From the human T2T-CHM13v2.0 reference genome, Homo sapiens, in NCBI RefSeq assembly GCF_009914755.1, contig NC_060943.1: 64,000 nt of DNA. The stretch is one strand, 5' to 3'. The translations under genes were made by a program, and so were the position numbers. Shown piece after piece: positions 47,769 through 59,198 of the stretch. Under the pieces are notes generated by a model that was not told where the DNA came from, searched no databases, and saw only the letters and a program-made list of their open reading frames with translations. How positions within the stretch are numbered: position 1 is the first letter of the stretch; each line of letters starts with the position of its first letter.

Positions 47769-48096
47769 AGGCCGGAATATTCTGATGGGTGCTATAGAAT
47801 ATAACCTCCAGTTCTAGACTCTGAATGTAGTTGCCTCTGAGGTGGTGGGTGGGGACAAGGCCCTCATGGCCGGAGGCCTCCGCAGGTGGCTTGATGTGTG
47901 GTCACCTGGGCGTATGTTTCCTGAGGGAACACTCGCAGGTCGGGCACTGCCAAGCTTGGCTGCCAGCCACTTGCTCAGCCCTCCCGTGTCTCGGGCAGCA
48001 CATCCTACCCTCAGCTTCTGGCACTCAGGAGAGACGACGGGCTACAATCTGCCGTAAAGCACGTTTCCCAGCCTGCCCCTCAGTGGGTGCACTGAT

Positions 48097-48175
48097 CACC
48101 CGCACCATTCCCGCAGCCACCCACGCCATCCCGCGGCCACCCGCACCGTCCCCGCGGCCACCCGCACCATCCCCG
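48097..48175. repeat. ~21-bp repeat x4
   Basis: cacccgcaccrtccccgcggc variants. Confidence 0.8.
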
Positions 48176-48871
48176 TGGGGCTGCTTCTCCTGCCTGCTCG
48201 TGTTAGCAAGCAGAAGGACTCGGTGCCTGATGTTCTAGAAGCCAATGCCATGGCACCAAGGATTTGAGGAAACAAAAGCTTCTCATTGCAAGTGACTCCC
48301 AAGGAGACTGGGCGTCCAGCTCAAATCTGCCTCCTGTGCCAGCTTTCAGGCAGTACTTTCATGAGAGAAGGTGCAGAGGTGGATTCTGGGATTAGCAGGT
48401 GATTGTTGGAAGGAAAGGGGAGGTCTGGAAGGTCCTTGGGCACGCACAGTTATCTGTCCGTGCCAGCTCGTGGGTCCTGGGTGTGAATCCTGGGGAAGTC
48501 TGTATGAAGCGCGGTGGAAGTTCAGTTGGCATCAGCCAGCTGGTTCTGCACAGACTCTGCTGGCTCATGTGGGTTCCAGCCGGTTTCAGCCAGTTTTGTT
48601 CTTGTCGGCGTTTCAGCTGCCTGTTTCTTTTCACGTTTGCCATCCTGCAAACTCGAATGTTTGTGGATTTTGGTGTCTAACTCTTTGGGGTGCCGTTCCA
48701 TTTGTCGGGCCTGAGGGGTCTCCCGTGCAGGTGGCTTGAGTCCCATGTGGCCAGGTGACACCGTCATGCGGGTGGCTAGCGTGTTGGGTGACAGTCTCCA
48801 GGGCTGTCCGCTGCTGCTGCCCCGGGACCTGTTTCCCTTTGTGGTCCGTCATTTCTCAGGAGACGCCTTGC

Positions 48872-49962
48872 GATGGTCTTAGTTCCTTTTCTTCTGCTTA
48901 CAACAGAAAACCTAAGGCCATGTAGTTTATAAGAAAAGGAATTAACTTGTCACAGCTCTGGAGGCTGAGAAGTCCCAGGTCGAGGGGCCATATCTGGCCA
49001 GGGCCTTCTTCCTGGTGGGGACTCTGGAGCCCTGAGGCGGCCAGGGTGTCACATGGCAAGGGGAGGGGGCTAAGCGAGCCGGTTCCACCCAGGTCTCTCC
49101 TCCTCACAAAGCCCCAGGCCCTCTGCCACATTAACCCATCTGTCCCTTCATCCATGAATCCATGAATGGATTCATCCATTCCTGAAGGCAGAGGCCACAT
49201 GACCCAGCTGCCTCTTGAAGGCCCCAGTACCTAATCCTGCCATCTCCCAATACCACCATCTCCAACACCGCCATCTCCCGATACCCACATCTCCCAATAC
49301 CCACATCTCCCGATACCGCTACCTCTCAATACCGCCACCTCCCAACACTGCCATCTCCCGATACCCACATCTCCCAATACTGCTACCTCTCAATACCACC
49401 ACCTCCAACACCACCATCTCCAACACTGCCACCTCCAACACCACCATCTCCAACACCGCCACCTCCAACACCGCCGTCTCCCGATACCTCCACCTCCGGA
49501 CACCCCCACCTCCTGACCCACCCACCTCCCAACACCAACACCTCCCGACACACCCACCTCCCGACACCCCCACCTCCCAATACCAACACCTCCCGACACC
49601 CCCACTTCCCGACACCCCCACCTCCCGACACCAACACCTCCCAACACCAACACTTCCCCACACCCCCACCTCCCAACACTAACACCTCCTGACACCCCCA
49701 CCTCCCGACACCCCCACCTCCCAACACCAACACCTCCCGACACCCCCACCTCCCGACACCAACACCTCCCGACACCAACACCTCCCGACACCAACACCTC
49801 ACGACACCCACACCTCCCGACACCAACACCTCCCGACACCAACACCTTCCGACACCCCCACCTCCCGACACCGCCACCTCCCGATACCCGCATCTCCCGA
49901 CACCACCATCTCTGGCATTAAGTTCCTGGTGCATTTTGGAGGGGACGCACCCAACCAGAGCA
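48872..49962 (-). mobile_element. MST/MLT1A-type MaLR LTR interrupted by a C/A-rich VNTR
   Basis: gtcttagttc...tttataagaaaagg...cacagctctggaggctgagaagtcc...attaagtt...ttttggaggggac. Confidence 0.8.
49238..49912. repeat. 15-16-bp C/A-rich minisatellite inside an MST/MLT1-type LTR
   Basis: ccgacacccccacctc / ccaacaccaacacctc / ccacctccaacacca variants. Confidence 0.93.
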
Positions 49963-50259
49963 GAGACCTGTGAGTGTCCATCACTCGCACATTGTCATAC
50001 ACTAGTTGCCATGTCCATGGATGACTTCTGCCGCCCTCACCCTCTGGGCATCAGTCATCCTGCCGTGACTCCGAACCTTCCCTCCTTGCCTGTCTTCTTA
50101 CTGATTTGTTTCTGTCCGTGTGCATGAGGCTTCTGTCTTATTCCCGGGTTATCATTCATTATCATTTATCCCAGTGCTCAAATCGTCCCACATGGACCCT
50201 CAGGAGTCCCTCCGAACAATCCCTGTGTCCTTGTAATGCACCTGCTGTCCTCTGAACCT

Positions 50260-50388
50260 GCTCTTACTGTGGGGCACATGGTACCGCAGGCTCGGCCTCT
50301 GAGCCCGCGCTTACTGTGGGGCGCGCGGTACCGCAGGCTCGGCCTCTGAGCCCACTCTTACTGTTGGACATGTGATGTCGCAGGCTCG
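50260..50388. repeat. 47-bp repeat x2.7
   Basis: cttactgtggggc...gtaccgcaggctcggcctctgagccc; units start at 50263, 50310, 50357. Confidence 0.88.
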
Positions 50389-50611
50389 TCCCATGCTCTC
50401 CCTGCCCCAGCCCTCAGATGCTCCATTTCTTGGAGGAGACCTGGCGCCTTTGAGTGGAGGGTGACTTAGGCACCGGATGTGTTCACCACTGCCAGGGAGC
50501 AGCATTCCTGGGCACCGTTAACAGTTAGGAAGCAGACACGCATCTCTGCACCACACATGGACACACACACTCTTCTATTCTGTGTCTGTATATCAAATCC
50601 ACAAGTGCAGC

Positions 50612-50779
50612 GGGGCATGCCGGCACACACCTGAGGTCCCAGCCACTCGGGAGGCTGAGGCAGGGGGATTGCTTGAGTCTGGGAGTTCAGGGCCACAGTG
50701 AACGTGAACTATGCATTCGTGAACTATCCATTGCAGCCTGGGCAACAGAGCAAGACCCTTTTTCTAAAAAAATAAAAAC
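50612..50779 (+). mobile_element. Alu right-arm monomer
   Basis: gggaggctgaggcagggggattgcttgag...gcctgggcaacagagcaagacc. Confidence 0.8.
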
Positions 50780-51147
50780 TTCCAGGAGTCCACTTTGCAG
50801 CTTCTCTTCCAGTCCAGCGCTGCTGGGCCCCCCAGCTGTCTCCCTTGCTGTCCTTTAACTCCCGTCTCCGACCGCCAGCCGTCACTCCTGGGTGACACAC
50901 TGTCGAGATGGAGAGCTGCTGTTTGAAGGCCCGTGGTCCTTGGAAAGGACGATGTGCAGGTCCCGGGAGGCCTCCCCCTCATGCTGCAGTCACTCGGCAG
51001 ACAATTGCCAGGCCCACGCTGGTGCTGGGGTACAAACGGGAAGGCGGGGGCTCTGCCGGCCACAGGACTCTCAGCTCCCTCATCACCACCCACACCCACG
51101 GGCTGGCCTCCCAAAATTTCCCCCATCTGCCTCTGGCCCCCCAACCG

Positions 51148-51418
51148 GATCATTCTTTCCACCCTTGCCTCCCTGGGGTCCCCGTGAGCTCCCGATCATT
51201 CTTTCCACCCCTACTGCCCTGGGGTCGGGGTGAGCTCCCAATCATTCTTTCCACCCTGACCGCCCTGGGGTCGGCGTGAGCTCCCGATCGTTCTTTCTAC
51301 CCCTACTGCTCTGGGGTCCGTGTGAGCTCCGGATCATTCTTTCCACCCTGACTCCCCTGGGGTCGGAGTGAGCTCCCGATCATTCTTTCCACTCTGACCG
51401 CCCTGGGGTTGAGGTGAA
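51148..51418. repeat. 46-bp minisatellite x~6
   Basis: gatcattctttccaccctgaccgccctggggtcggcgtgagctccc at 51148, 51194, 51240, 51286, 51332, 51378. Confidence 0.95.
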
Positions 51419-52302
51419 CCAGTCTTTGCATTGAAGCTGCAAGCCTGAGGCACGGTGGCCCTGGCGTCTCCCGAGCCATGAGGTAGGAACCCCAGAGGGT
51501 TTCAGTCCGGGATGCTGCCGCCCCCACTTCTCTTGAGGCTGTCGGGCAGGGGCCAGGTGGGAGGGTGTGGCTGCCGGGCAGCGGGGTGAACTGTGTCCTG
51601 CCAGGGGTTTTGTGGGTGGAGAAGGGACAGCAGGGCTCCAGTGAGAAGCTCTGGGAGTAGGAATTGGGTCTCTCTGGAGGGACACACTTGAAAGTGGTTG
51701 AGCCGTGGGGCTGCGTGCTGAGATCTCAGCTCTGAGCGGGAGGCTCTGCCTGGGGGTGGTTCTTCAGGAAAAGCAAAGCAGGACCTCCCTCTCCACGTGG
51801 GGCCTCCCTCTCCGCCCAGGGCCCAGCGTGCTCAGCTCTCCTGCTGTTTTTGTCTTTGATGGGAGGCACTGCCTCTAACGCTGGTTTCCTTGTGCAGTGG
51901 CCGGGCCACCCTTCCCGCCACCCTCCTCCCTTCACACATGAGGTTGGTGACGGCGCCCTGGAAGCCCACGATGTCCGGGGGTTGGGCTGGATTTAGCTTT
52001 AACCTCTCTGGGGCAGGAGATCCTGCTCTGAGGATGCTGGGGGGTTTCCTGGTGGGGTTAGAGGCGGGACGTGAGAAACGTGGCAGGTGGTGGCCAGGCT
52101 GTGGGGGAGCCAGGGTATTTCTTGATGGGGTTAGATGGGGGATGTAAGAATTGCAGCGGGTGGTGGCCAGGCTGCAGCTGCTCGCTGAGGGCCCCCTTGT
52201 AGCTTTCCAGGCAGAGGGGAAGCCCACCCCTTCCCTCACACGCTGTGTGCAGGCTGTGGGCCCATCAGTCCTGTCAAAGCCACCCTGGTTCTGTCCCCAT
52301 AG

Positions 52303-52463
52303 GAGGGCTCCCCGAGGACTTTCTGAACTCCCTGGAGAAGATGGAGGACGGCAAGTTGAAGGTCACCCTCAAGTACCCCCATTACTTCCCCCTCCTGAAG
52401 AAATGCCACGTGCCTGAGACCAGGAGGAAAGTGGAGGAGGCCTTCAACTGCCGGTGCAAGGAG
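52303..52463 (+). CDS. THOP1: THOP1 exon 6
   Basis: [54 protein letters not shown]; CATAG| and GAG|GTGAGA; 161 nt. Confidence 0.98.
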
Positions 52464-53067
52464 GTGAGAAGGCACGGCCAGGGGGCCCCAGAACAGTGGG
52501 TCTGGAGCTTGTGGGGCCCGTCTGCTCCATGTGTGTGAGGCACCTCCAGGCTTTGCACTTGGATGGCCTCCCAATCTCCCTGGCCAGGCCCAGTGGCCAG
52601 CAGAGGCCTCCCTGTGGGGCTCTGCCGTGCCCTGGAGGTGTCTGTGCTGGGCTCCACCCAGACCCTGGGGCCACAGCTCAGGGCCCAGTTCATCCTTCCC
52701 AAGCTGAGCCTCCTGCTGCTGCTCTGAGCATCTGGCCGCGCACACGTCTCGTCCCTCCCTTATCTGGAGCCGCCCCTCAGGTGTGTCAGCCCAGATCATT
52801 CCTTTTGTCTTAAATGATGGTGCCCGGACCTGAGCCTGGGTCCACAGGTGGGTTGTGACTGGGCTATCTCGCTGTGACTGGCGTCAGACGGCCGTTCCCA
52901 CAGGGACACATGTAACTGTCCACGGCGCCATGGTGTGGTCGGTCAGGTGGTCTCTGCACGTCTCCCATTCGCCATCTGGAACAGGCAGAGGCTCTAGGAG
53001 TGGGCCTCTTGGTCCCCTGACGACACCAAGTTGGTGCTTGTGCGGCTGGCAAAAGGGGGATACACGC

Positions 53068-53330
53068 TGATCACTGCAAAGGGATGGGCGGGCACTGATC
53101 ACTGCAAGGGGACGGGCGGGTGCCCATCACTGCGGGGGGACGGGCGGGTGCCCATCACTGCGGGGGGACGGGCGGGTGCCCATCACTGCGGGGGGACGGG
53201 CGGGTGCCCATCACTGCGGGGGGACGGGCGGGTGCCCATCACTGCGGGGGGATGGGCGGGTGCCCATCACTGCGGGGGGTGGGGGACGGGTGGGTACCAA
53301 TGGGGGTACAGGTGGGCACCGATCACTGCA
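53068..53330. repeat. 28-bp G-rich minisatellite, ~6 core copies plus degenerate flanks, THOP1 intron 6
   Basis: cccatcactgcggggggacgggcgggtg. Confidence 0.95.
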
Positions 53331-54203
53331 AGGCAGGGGGGTGCTCCTCGCTGTTCAGGGACCGGGAACTCAGTCTGCTCAGATGGGGCGTGGCCTGCCC
53401 TCTACATGTTGGCTATGAATTCATGTTGCTGTTAAGCCTAAGTAGGTGGACCCGTGGACTGGGCACACCTCGACTTCCCCACTGCGCCTTAGAAGGTCAA
53501 CTGGGCAATCCCGTCCTGGTCCCCAGGCTTGGGTCCTAGTGGCAGAGTGAGGGCCAGGCCAAGAGGGCGCACACGGGTGGGCTGAGTTCCAGGTCCCGGG
53601 GGATGTGCCGCCTCAGAGACCTTGCTGCTGGCGGTCGGCCTGGCCCCTATTTGGCTGGCTGCTCTGCACGCACCTGCTGGTTACAGCTGGGTTTCCTGTG
53701 GACCCAGCTGGTGGGCACATCTGTCCTGAACAGGCCTCTGTTTCTCCTCGTAAACGCCTCACGTGGCTTTCATGCGTCCTCCCCCACCCCCACTGGCTTG
53801 GTTGGCAGTGCCAGTCCTCAGAAGTGAGGCTGTGTGCATGTCATTTGCTGGTGGCGATAGGCAGAGCCCGTGAGACTGGGAACCAAGGCCTGGACATGGA
53901 GGTGTCCCCACATGCAGCAGTGATGCCCTCGGAGGCTCCTCGGACAGCCCCTGGTCCCCATACCACGTTCCGTGTGAGGCCTTAGAGTCATCTGCACCCC
54001 TTCTGGTTCCAAAAAGGCCTTGGGATTATGATAACGCTGGTGGCATGACCAGAGGAGTTGTGTAGTAACACAGGCCGAGAGGGGCAGGGACCGGAGGTCA
54101 GACGGAGCTGGATATGAGCCTTTGGCCCTGGGACAGGGCGTGCTGGCCCTGGAGGTGGAGGGAGTGGCGCCCCTGGGTGACAGTGTGGTGGTGTCGGTTG
54201 CAG

Positions 54204-54339
54204 GAGAACTGCGCTATCCTCAAGGAGCTGGTGACGCTGCGGGCCCAGAAGTCCCGCCTGCTGGGGTTCCACACGCACGCCGACTATGTCCTGGAGATGA
54301 ACATGGCCAAGACCAGCCAGACCGTGGCCACCTTCCTAG
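54204..54339 (+). CDS. THOP1: THOP1 exon 7
   Basis: ENCAILKELVTLRAQKSRLLGFHTHADYVLEMNMAKTSQTVATFL; TGCAG| and TAG|GTAGCC; 136 nt. Confidence 0.98.
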
Positions 54340-54728
54340 GTAGCCCTTCCTTCCTCCTCCACTGGGGTCCCTGTGGGGAAGGTTCTCAGGGTCACCCCAG
54401 GGGACAGTCGGTGCTACCCCTAGAGCCTTGTCCTTTCCCTCCATGAAGAGGGACTTCTGACGCCTGCCCTGGCTCCCTCACTCCCCCCGAGGGACCCTTA
54501 CAGAACAGGGAAGCGCCCGGGCCCTGGGGTCAGTCCCATGCTTGCACCCGGCCCCGCCGCCCCCTCACCCTGAGCGTGAGGATGCTCGGCCCCTCGAGGG
54601 GTTGCCGGGAACTGCGGGTCCTCCCTTCCAAATGGGGAGCCTGACGAAGTCGCGGCCGCGGGCGGGCGAGCCCAGAGCCATGGAGGAGCCCGCGAGGCGA
54701 GAGGCCCACCTTTCTGCCCTCCCCGCAG

Positions 54729-55095
54729 ATGAGCTGGCGCAGAAGCTGAAGCCCCTGGGGGAGCAGGAGCGTGCGGTGATTCTGGAGCTGAAGCGTGCGG
54801 AGTGCGAGCGCCGGGGCCTGCCCTTCGACGGCCGCATCCGTGCCTGGGACATGCGCTACTACATGAACCAGGTGGAGGAGACGCGCTACTGCGTGGACCA
54901 GAACCTGCTCAAGGAGTACTTCCCCGTGCAGGTGGTCACGCACGGGCTGCTGGGCATCTACCAGGAGCTCCTGGGGCTGGCCTTCCACCACGAGGAGGGC
55001 GCCAGTGCCTGGCATGAGGACGTGCGGCTCTACACCGCGAGGGACGCGGCCTCGGGGGAGGTGGTCGGCAAGTTCTACCTGGACCTGTACCCGCG
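54729..55095 (+). CDS. THOP1: THOP1 exon 8
   Basis: [22 protein letters not shown]...KFYLDLYPR; CGCAG| and CG|GTGGGT; 367 nt. Confidence 0.98.
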
Positions 55096-55529
55096 GTGGG
55101 TGAGGGCAGCGGGGGCGGGGGGCGCACCCCGGCCCTGGGTCTCCTCGGAGCCCGGTGTGCCCGTCTGAGATGGGAAGGAAGTCGTTGCCTGCTCCATGGG
55201 GCCTCGGGGATGAACCCCGAGACGTAGCACCCGTGGGCACACCACAGGGGCCGAAAATGCAGCTGTCCCCGTTTCCAGTCTCACTCAGCCACCCCGACAG
55301 GGCGCAGCTCTGCCCAGGCCGGAGTCCTTTAGGGGAGGGATGGCAGCCGGGGCCTGGCCGTGGTTTTCATGCTGCCCTGCGCCAAGCCACCTCTGCTGAG
55401 AGGGAGGTTTAGAACCTCAGAGGTGCCCGGCGGTCTGGGTTAGCAGTCAGGTGGGCTGAGGGATGCGGAGTCAGGGACTCTTGCGGTGTCTCTAGTCCCT
55501 GCGGGGCCTGACGCTGCCTCCCTCCCCAG

Positions 55530-55731
55530 GGAAGGAAAGTACGGGCACGCGGCCTGCTTTGGCCTGCAGCCCGGCTGCCTGCGGCAGGATGGGAGCCGCC
55601 AGATCGCCATCGCGGCCATGGTGGCCAACTTCACCAAGCCCACAGCCGACGCGCCCTCGCTGCTGCAGCATGACGAGGTGGAGACCTACTTCCATGAGTT
55701 TGGCCACGTGATGCACCAGCTCTGCTCCCAG
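55530..55731 (+). CDS. THOP1: THOP1 exon 9, contains zinc-binding HEXXH motif (HEFGH at 55693-55707, residues 473-477)
   Basis: [15 protein letters not shown]...[17 protein letters not shown]; CCCAG| and CAG|GTGGGT; 202 nt. Confidence 0.99.
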
Positions 55732-55745
55732 GTGGGTGCGGGCCC

Positions 55746-55780
55746 GGGCAGGGGCAGGGGCAGGGGCAGGGGCAGGGGCT
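55746..55780. repeat. (GGGGCA)n hexamer run just after the THOP1 exon 9 donor
   Basis: gggcaggggcaggggcaggggcaggggcaggggct. Confidence 0.92.
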
Positions 55781-55884
55781 GCCTGTGGTCAGCGAGGCCC
55801 AAGCCTGGGGCTTCGGCTTCCGGCTCTCTCTGCACCCGTCCGGTGGCTCCTTCATCCAATGCCACCCAAAGATGGTGACTCCCT

Positions 55885-56197
55885 GTCATGCCCGTGTCCT
55901 GGGGCTGCCCCAGCAAAACACCACAGACCAGGGCTTACACAAGGTGCGTGTATTTCCTCATGGTCCTAGAGGCTGGAGTCGGAGGTCACAGTGTCAGCAG
56001 GGTTGGCTCCCTCGAGGTCCCTCCTTGGCTTGTGGCCGCCACCACCTCCCCGCATCCTCATGTGGTCGTCCTTCTGTGTGGGTCCCCATCTCGTCTTCTT
56101 ACAGGGACCCCAGTCATGCCGGATCAGGGCCCGCCCAACAACCTCACTTGACCGTAGTGACCTCCTTAGACATCCTGTCTCTAAGTAGTCACATCCT
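55885..56197 (-). mobile_element. MLT1A-type MaLR LTR
   Basis: ggggctgcc...caccacagacc...cagggttggctccc...cttcttacagggaccccagtcat. Confidence 0.72.
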
Positions 56198-56301
56198 GGC
56201 CAGGCGTGGTGGTCCACGCCTGTAATCCCAGCACTTTGGGAGGCCGAGGTGGGTAGATCACCTGAGGTCAGGAGCTCAAGACCAGCCTGGCCAACATGGT
56301 G
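56198..56301 (+). mobile_element. Alu left-arm fragment
   Basis: ggccaggcgtggt...cctggccaacatggtg. Confidence 0.88.
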
Positions 56302-57590
56302 CCATCTTGTTGCAAGCATCTGTCCTAGCACACAGTCAGCAATCGCTCCTCAGAAAGGCTCTGTCCTATGAAGTCACTGAGAACCCTGAGAAGTGCATGC
56401 AGACCTGTCCCTCCAAGGGGACCCTGGTCACGTGTTCGCCAACTGATCATTCCAGAACCTTACTGTGTGTGTTTTGGGTTCAAGACACCTTACTGCTGTA
56501 CAGCGCTGACGGGTTCACGTTGAACACATGGCTGGTGGCTCTGTCACCCACACCTGAGCACAGCTTGCACACACAGGGTGTCCCCATGAGGCACATCATG
56601 GCCTCCTGGTGCTGAAGGAGACGAGACAGTGCTCTGCACAACGCTTGGGGCCTTTTAAACACAAAATCACCAAGAGCAGAAAGATGCAAACACCGTGCCC
56701 CCACTAGACTGAGAAAAGGACGCTTGCTCATAAAATGAGCCGAAGTGAGAAGACAGAGTGCGGCCCTTCTGAGGACCGTCTGCTCAGGGGCGCCGCAGTG
56801 CTGGCCTCTGGGGTTTTTGTGGATCTTAGTAGGCGAGTTTGAAAACACGGAGTCCAGGAATGAGGATCGACCGTGTGTCCACCTTTCCTGGCTTCCCTGC
56901 CACACTGTTTGCACAGCACTCGTAGCCAGCACACGCGTGTGCACATCCACACAGGTGCTCACACAGGTGCCCACGCACGTGCCTGCAGGCCTGCTTTGCA
57001 TGCTGCTTTCTGCGTGTCCCTGGCGCCTGGCACGGCGAGTCCCTTGGTGCATTCCGTCGGGACAAGGAGTGTGGCTGCGTGGTCCTTGGAACAGAAAAGC
57101 CTCGGTGTTGCAGAGAGGACCTTGAGGATCACCCAGGAGTTCCCTCGCCGTTGGCTGCCTGCCATGGTTCCAGCGGGACTCAGTCAAGGGCTGTGCTTTT
57201 AGGGAAGGTTCCACACACACACGAGCAGGGAGATGCAGCATGCCTCACAGCGTCCCCACCCGGACCTGGCCGTCCCCAGGTCCCAACCCCTCGGGGTGCG
57301 GAGCTTTCAGGGAGCAGCAGCTCTGTGGCTAGAGGAGAAGCGTGGGTGGCCTCCAGGGACGGGGTCATGTGGCCGGCATCTTCAGGTGTGTCCTGCTGCC
57401 ACCGGCAGCCAGCAGCAGCCCAGGGGCCTCCGGGTCCCGGTCGTTTTCCAGTTTTGGGGTGGGAGGGCCGGGCCCAGCGCATCACCTGTGCACTCGCCCT
57501 GTTTGCACTGTGGCAGCTGACACGGGCCAGGCCGGCGGGAACGGGCTAGGCAGGACCTGGGCACTCTGAGGCTCTGCCCCATCCCTGCAG

Positions 57591-57777
57591 GCGGAGTTCG
57601 CCATGTTCAGCGGGACCCACGTGGAGCGGGACTTTGTGGAGGCGCCGTCGCAGATGCTGGAGAACTGGGTGTGGGAGCAGGAGCCGCTGCTGCGGATGTC
57701 GCGGCACTACCGCACAGGCAGCGCCGTGCCCCGGGAGCTCCTGGAGAAGCTCATTGAGTCCCGGCAGGCCAACACAG
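57591..57777 (+). CDS. THOP1: THOP1 exon 10 (includes third zinc ligand E502)
   Basis: [26 protein letters not shown]...SRQANT; TGCAG| and CAG|GTGCAC; 187 nt. Confidence 0.98.
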
Positions 57778-57926
57778 GTGCACCCGCCCCGTCCGGGGAA
57801 GGGTGCTAACCTCGGGGGGCGGCACACAGCTGGGGCCTGGCATGTGCCCCGGGTGGGGGTCGGAGCTCTGGGCAGAGTGGGCCGGGGCAGGTGCAGAGGC
57901 CAGCTCTCTCCTTCCCTCCCGCCCAG

Positions 57927-58055
57927 GCCTCTTCAACCTGCGCCAGATCGTCCTCGCCAAGGTGGACCAGGCCCTGCACACGCAGACGGACGCAGACCCC
58001 GCCGAGGAGTATGCGCGGCTCTGCCAGGAGATCCTCGGGGTCCCGGCCACGCCAG
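57927..58055 (+). CDS. THOP1: THOP1 exon 11
   Basis: [43 protein letters not shown]; CCCAG| and CAG|GTAGCC; 129 nt. Confidence 0.98.
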
Positions 58056-58884
58056 GTAGCCACCCTTGAGCCGGGCACACCCTGGAATTTGGAGCCTCAG
58101 CTGCTTCCCTGGGAAGGTGAAGGGAGTTGGTCCCCATGCTTCACTTAGCAAGTGCAGGAGTCCCTGCTGGGGAGCCACGGAGCGCGTCCCAGGCTCCTCG
58201 GGGGACAGCCCCAGCTGAGATGCAGCTGCAGGCCCAGGGTCGGGGACGGGTGTGCGGCCCCAGCCCCCAGGAGGAGTGTGTTCCCTGGAGCCTCTGCTTT
58301 GAATGAAGCTGGCGTTTTCCTGATTGAAATGTATGACACATGCTTTGTAAAAAGCCTGGAGAAGTACAGGAAGGCCTAGGAATTTCCGATCCTAATGATG
58401 AGAAGTGGGCCCTGTTTCCATGCTCACCTGTTGTCCTGTGTGCATGTGTGTTCACACACGCTTGCGAGGATCCAGAATTTGGAAATACAGCATGATTTTA
58501 ACATGGGTGGTGTTTTGCTGGCTTAACACTCCATAGACTTCAAAAATCTTTCCAAAAGCGTTTTCAGCAGCGTGGCCTGTGATGTTGCGTGGGCGTGCCT
58601 TGCTTTATTGACGCAGTCTCAAAATGGGGACTTTGCTCTGTGGCAGCTGACAGCCCCGTTAAATGAGCTCCTGTCCTTCCAGGAGAGGGGGCGGAGACTT
58701 GTGGCCCTCGCTTTGTGGCTGACTCTGGTTCTAGAAGTATCCAGCTGGTCTCGGCCCTCACCGTGATCCTCCAGCTTCTCCCTGTTCCGGGCAGGGGTCT
58801 CAGGAGTCTGGCTGGTTGTCTTCTCCTGGAGGAGGAGCATGGGGTGGGGGCTACAGCGTGAACCCTGCCATGTGTCCGCCCCAG

Positions 58885-59021
58885 GAACCAACATGCCTGC
58901 AACCTTCGGCCATCTGGCAGGTGGCTACGACGCCCAGTACTACGGGTACCTGTGGAGCGAGGTGTATTCCATGGACATGTTCCACACGCGCTTCAAGCAG
59001 GAGGGTGTCCTGAACAGCAAG
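58885..59021 (+). CDS. THOP1: THOP1 exon 12
   Basis: [46 protein letters not shown]; CCCAG| and AAG|GTACGC; 137 nt. Confidence 0.98.
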
Positions 59022-59198
59022 GTACGCGGGGACTGGGGACAGGGAGGGCGTCCTGAACGGCAAGGTACGCGGGGACTGGGGACAGGGAGGGCGTCCTGAA
59101 TGGCAAGGTACGCGGGGACTGGGGACAGGGAGGGCGTCCTGAACGGCAAGGTACGCGGGGACTGGGGACAGGGAGGGTGTCCTCAACAGCAGGGTGGG
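59000..59198. repeat. 43-bp minisatellite (~4.6 copies) overlapping the THOP1 exon 12 end and donor
   Basis: ggagggcgtcctgaacggcaaggtacgcggggactggggacag. Confidence 0.97.

Noticed and set aside
49155-49180. Palindrome ATGAATCCAT-GA-ATGGATTCAT
   Set aside because: Appears to be part of the ordinary MST-type LTR sequence.
54530-55240. 236-aa antisense ORF over THOP1 exon 8 (similar shadows over SGTA exons)
   Set aside because: Expected antisense shadow of a high-GC3 coding exon.
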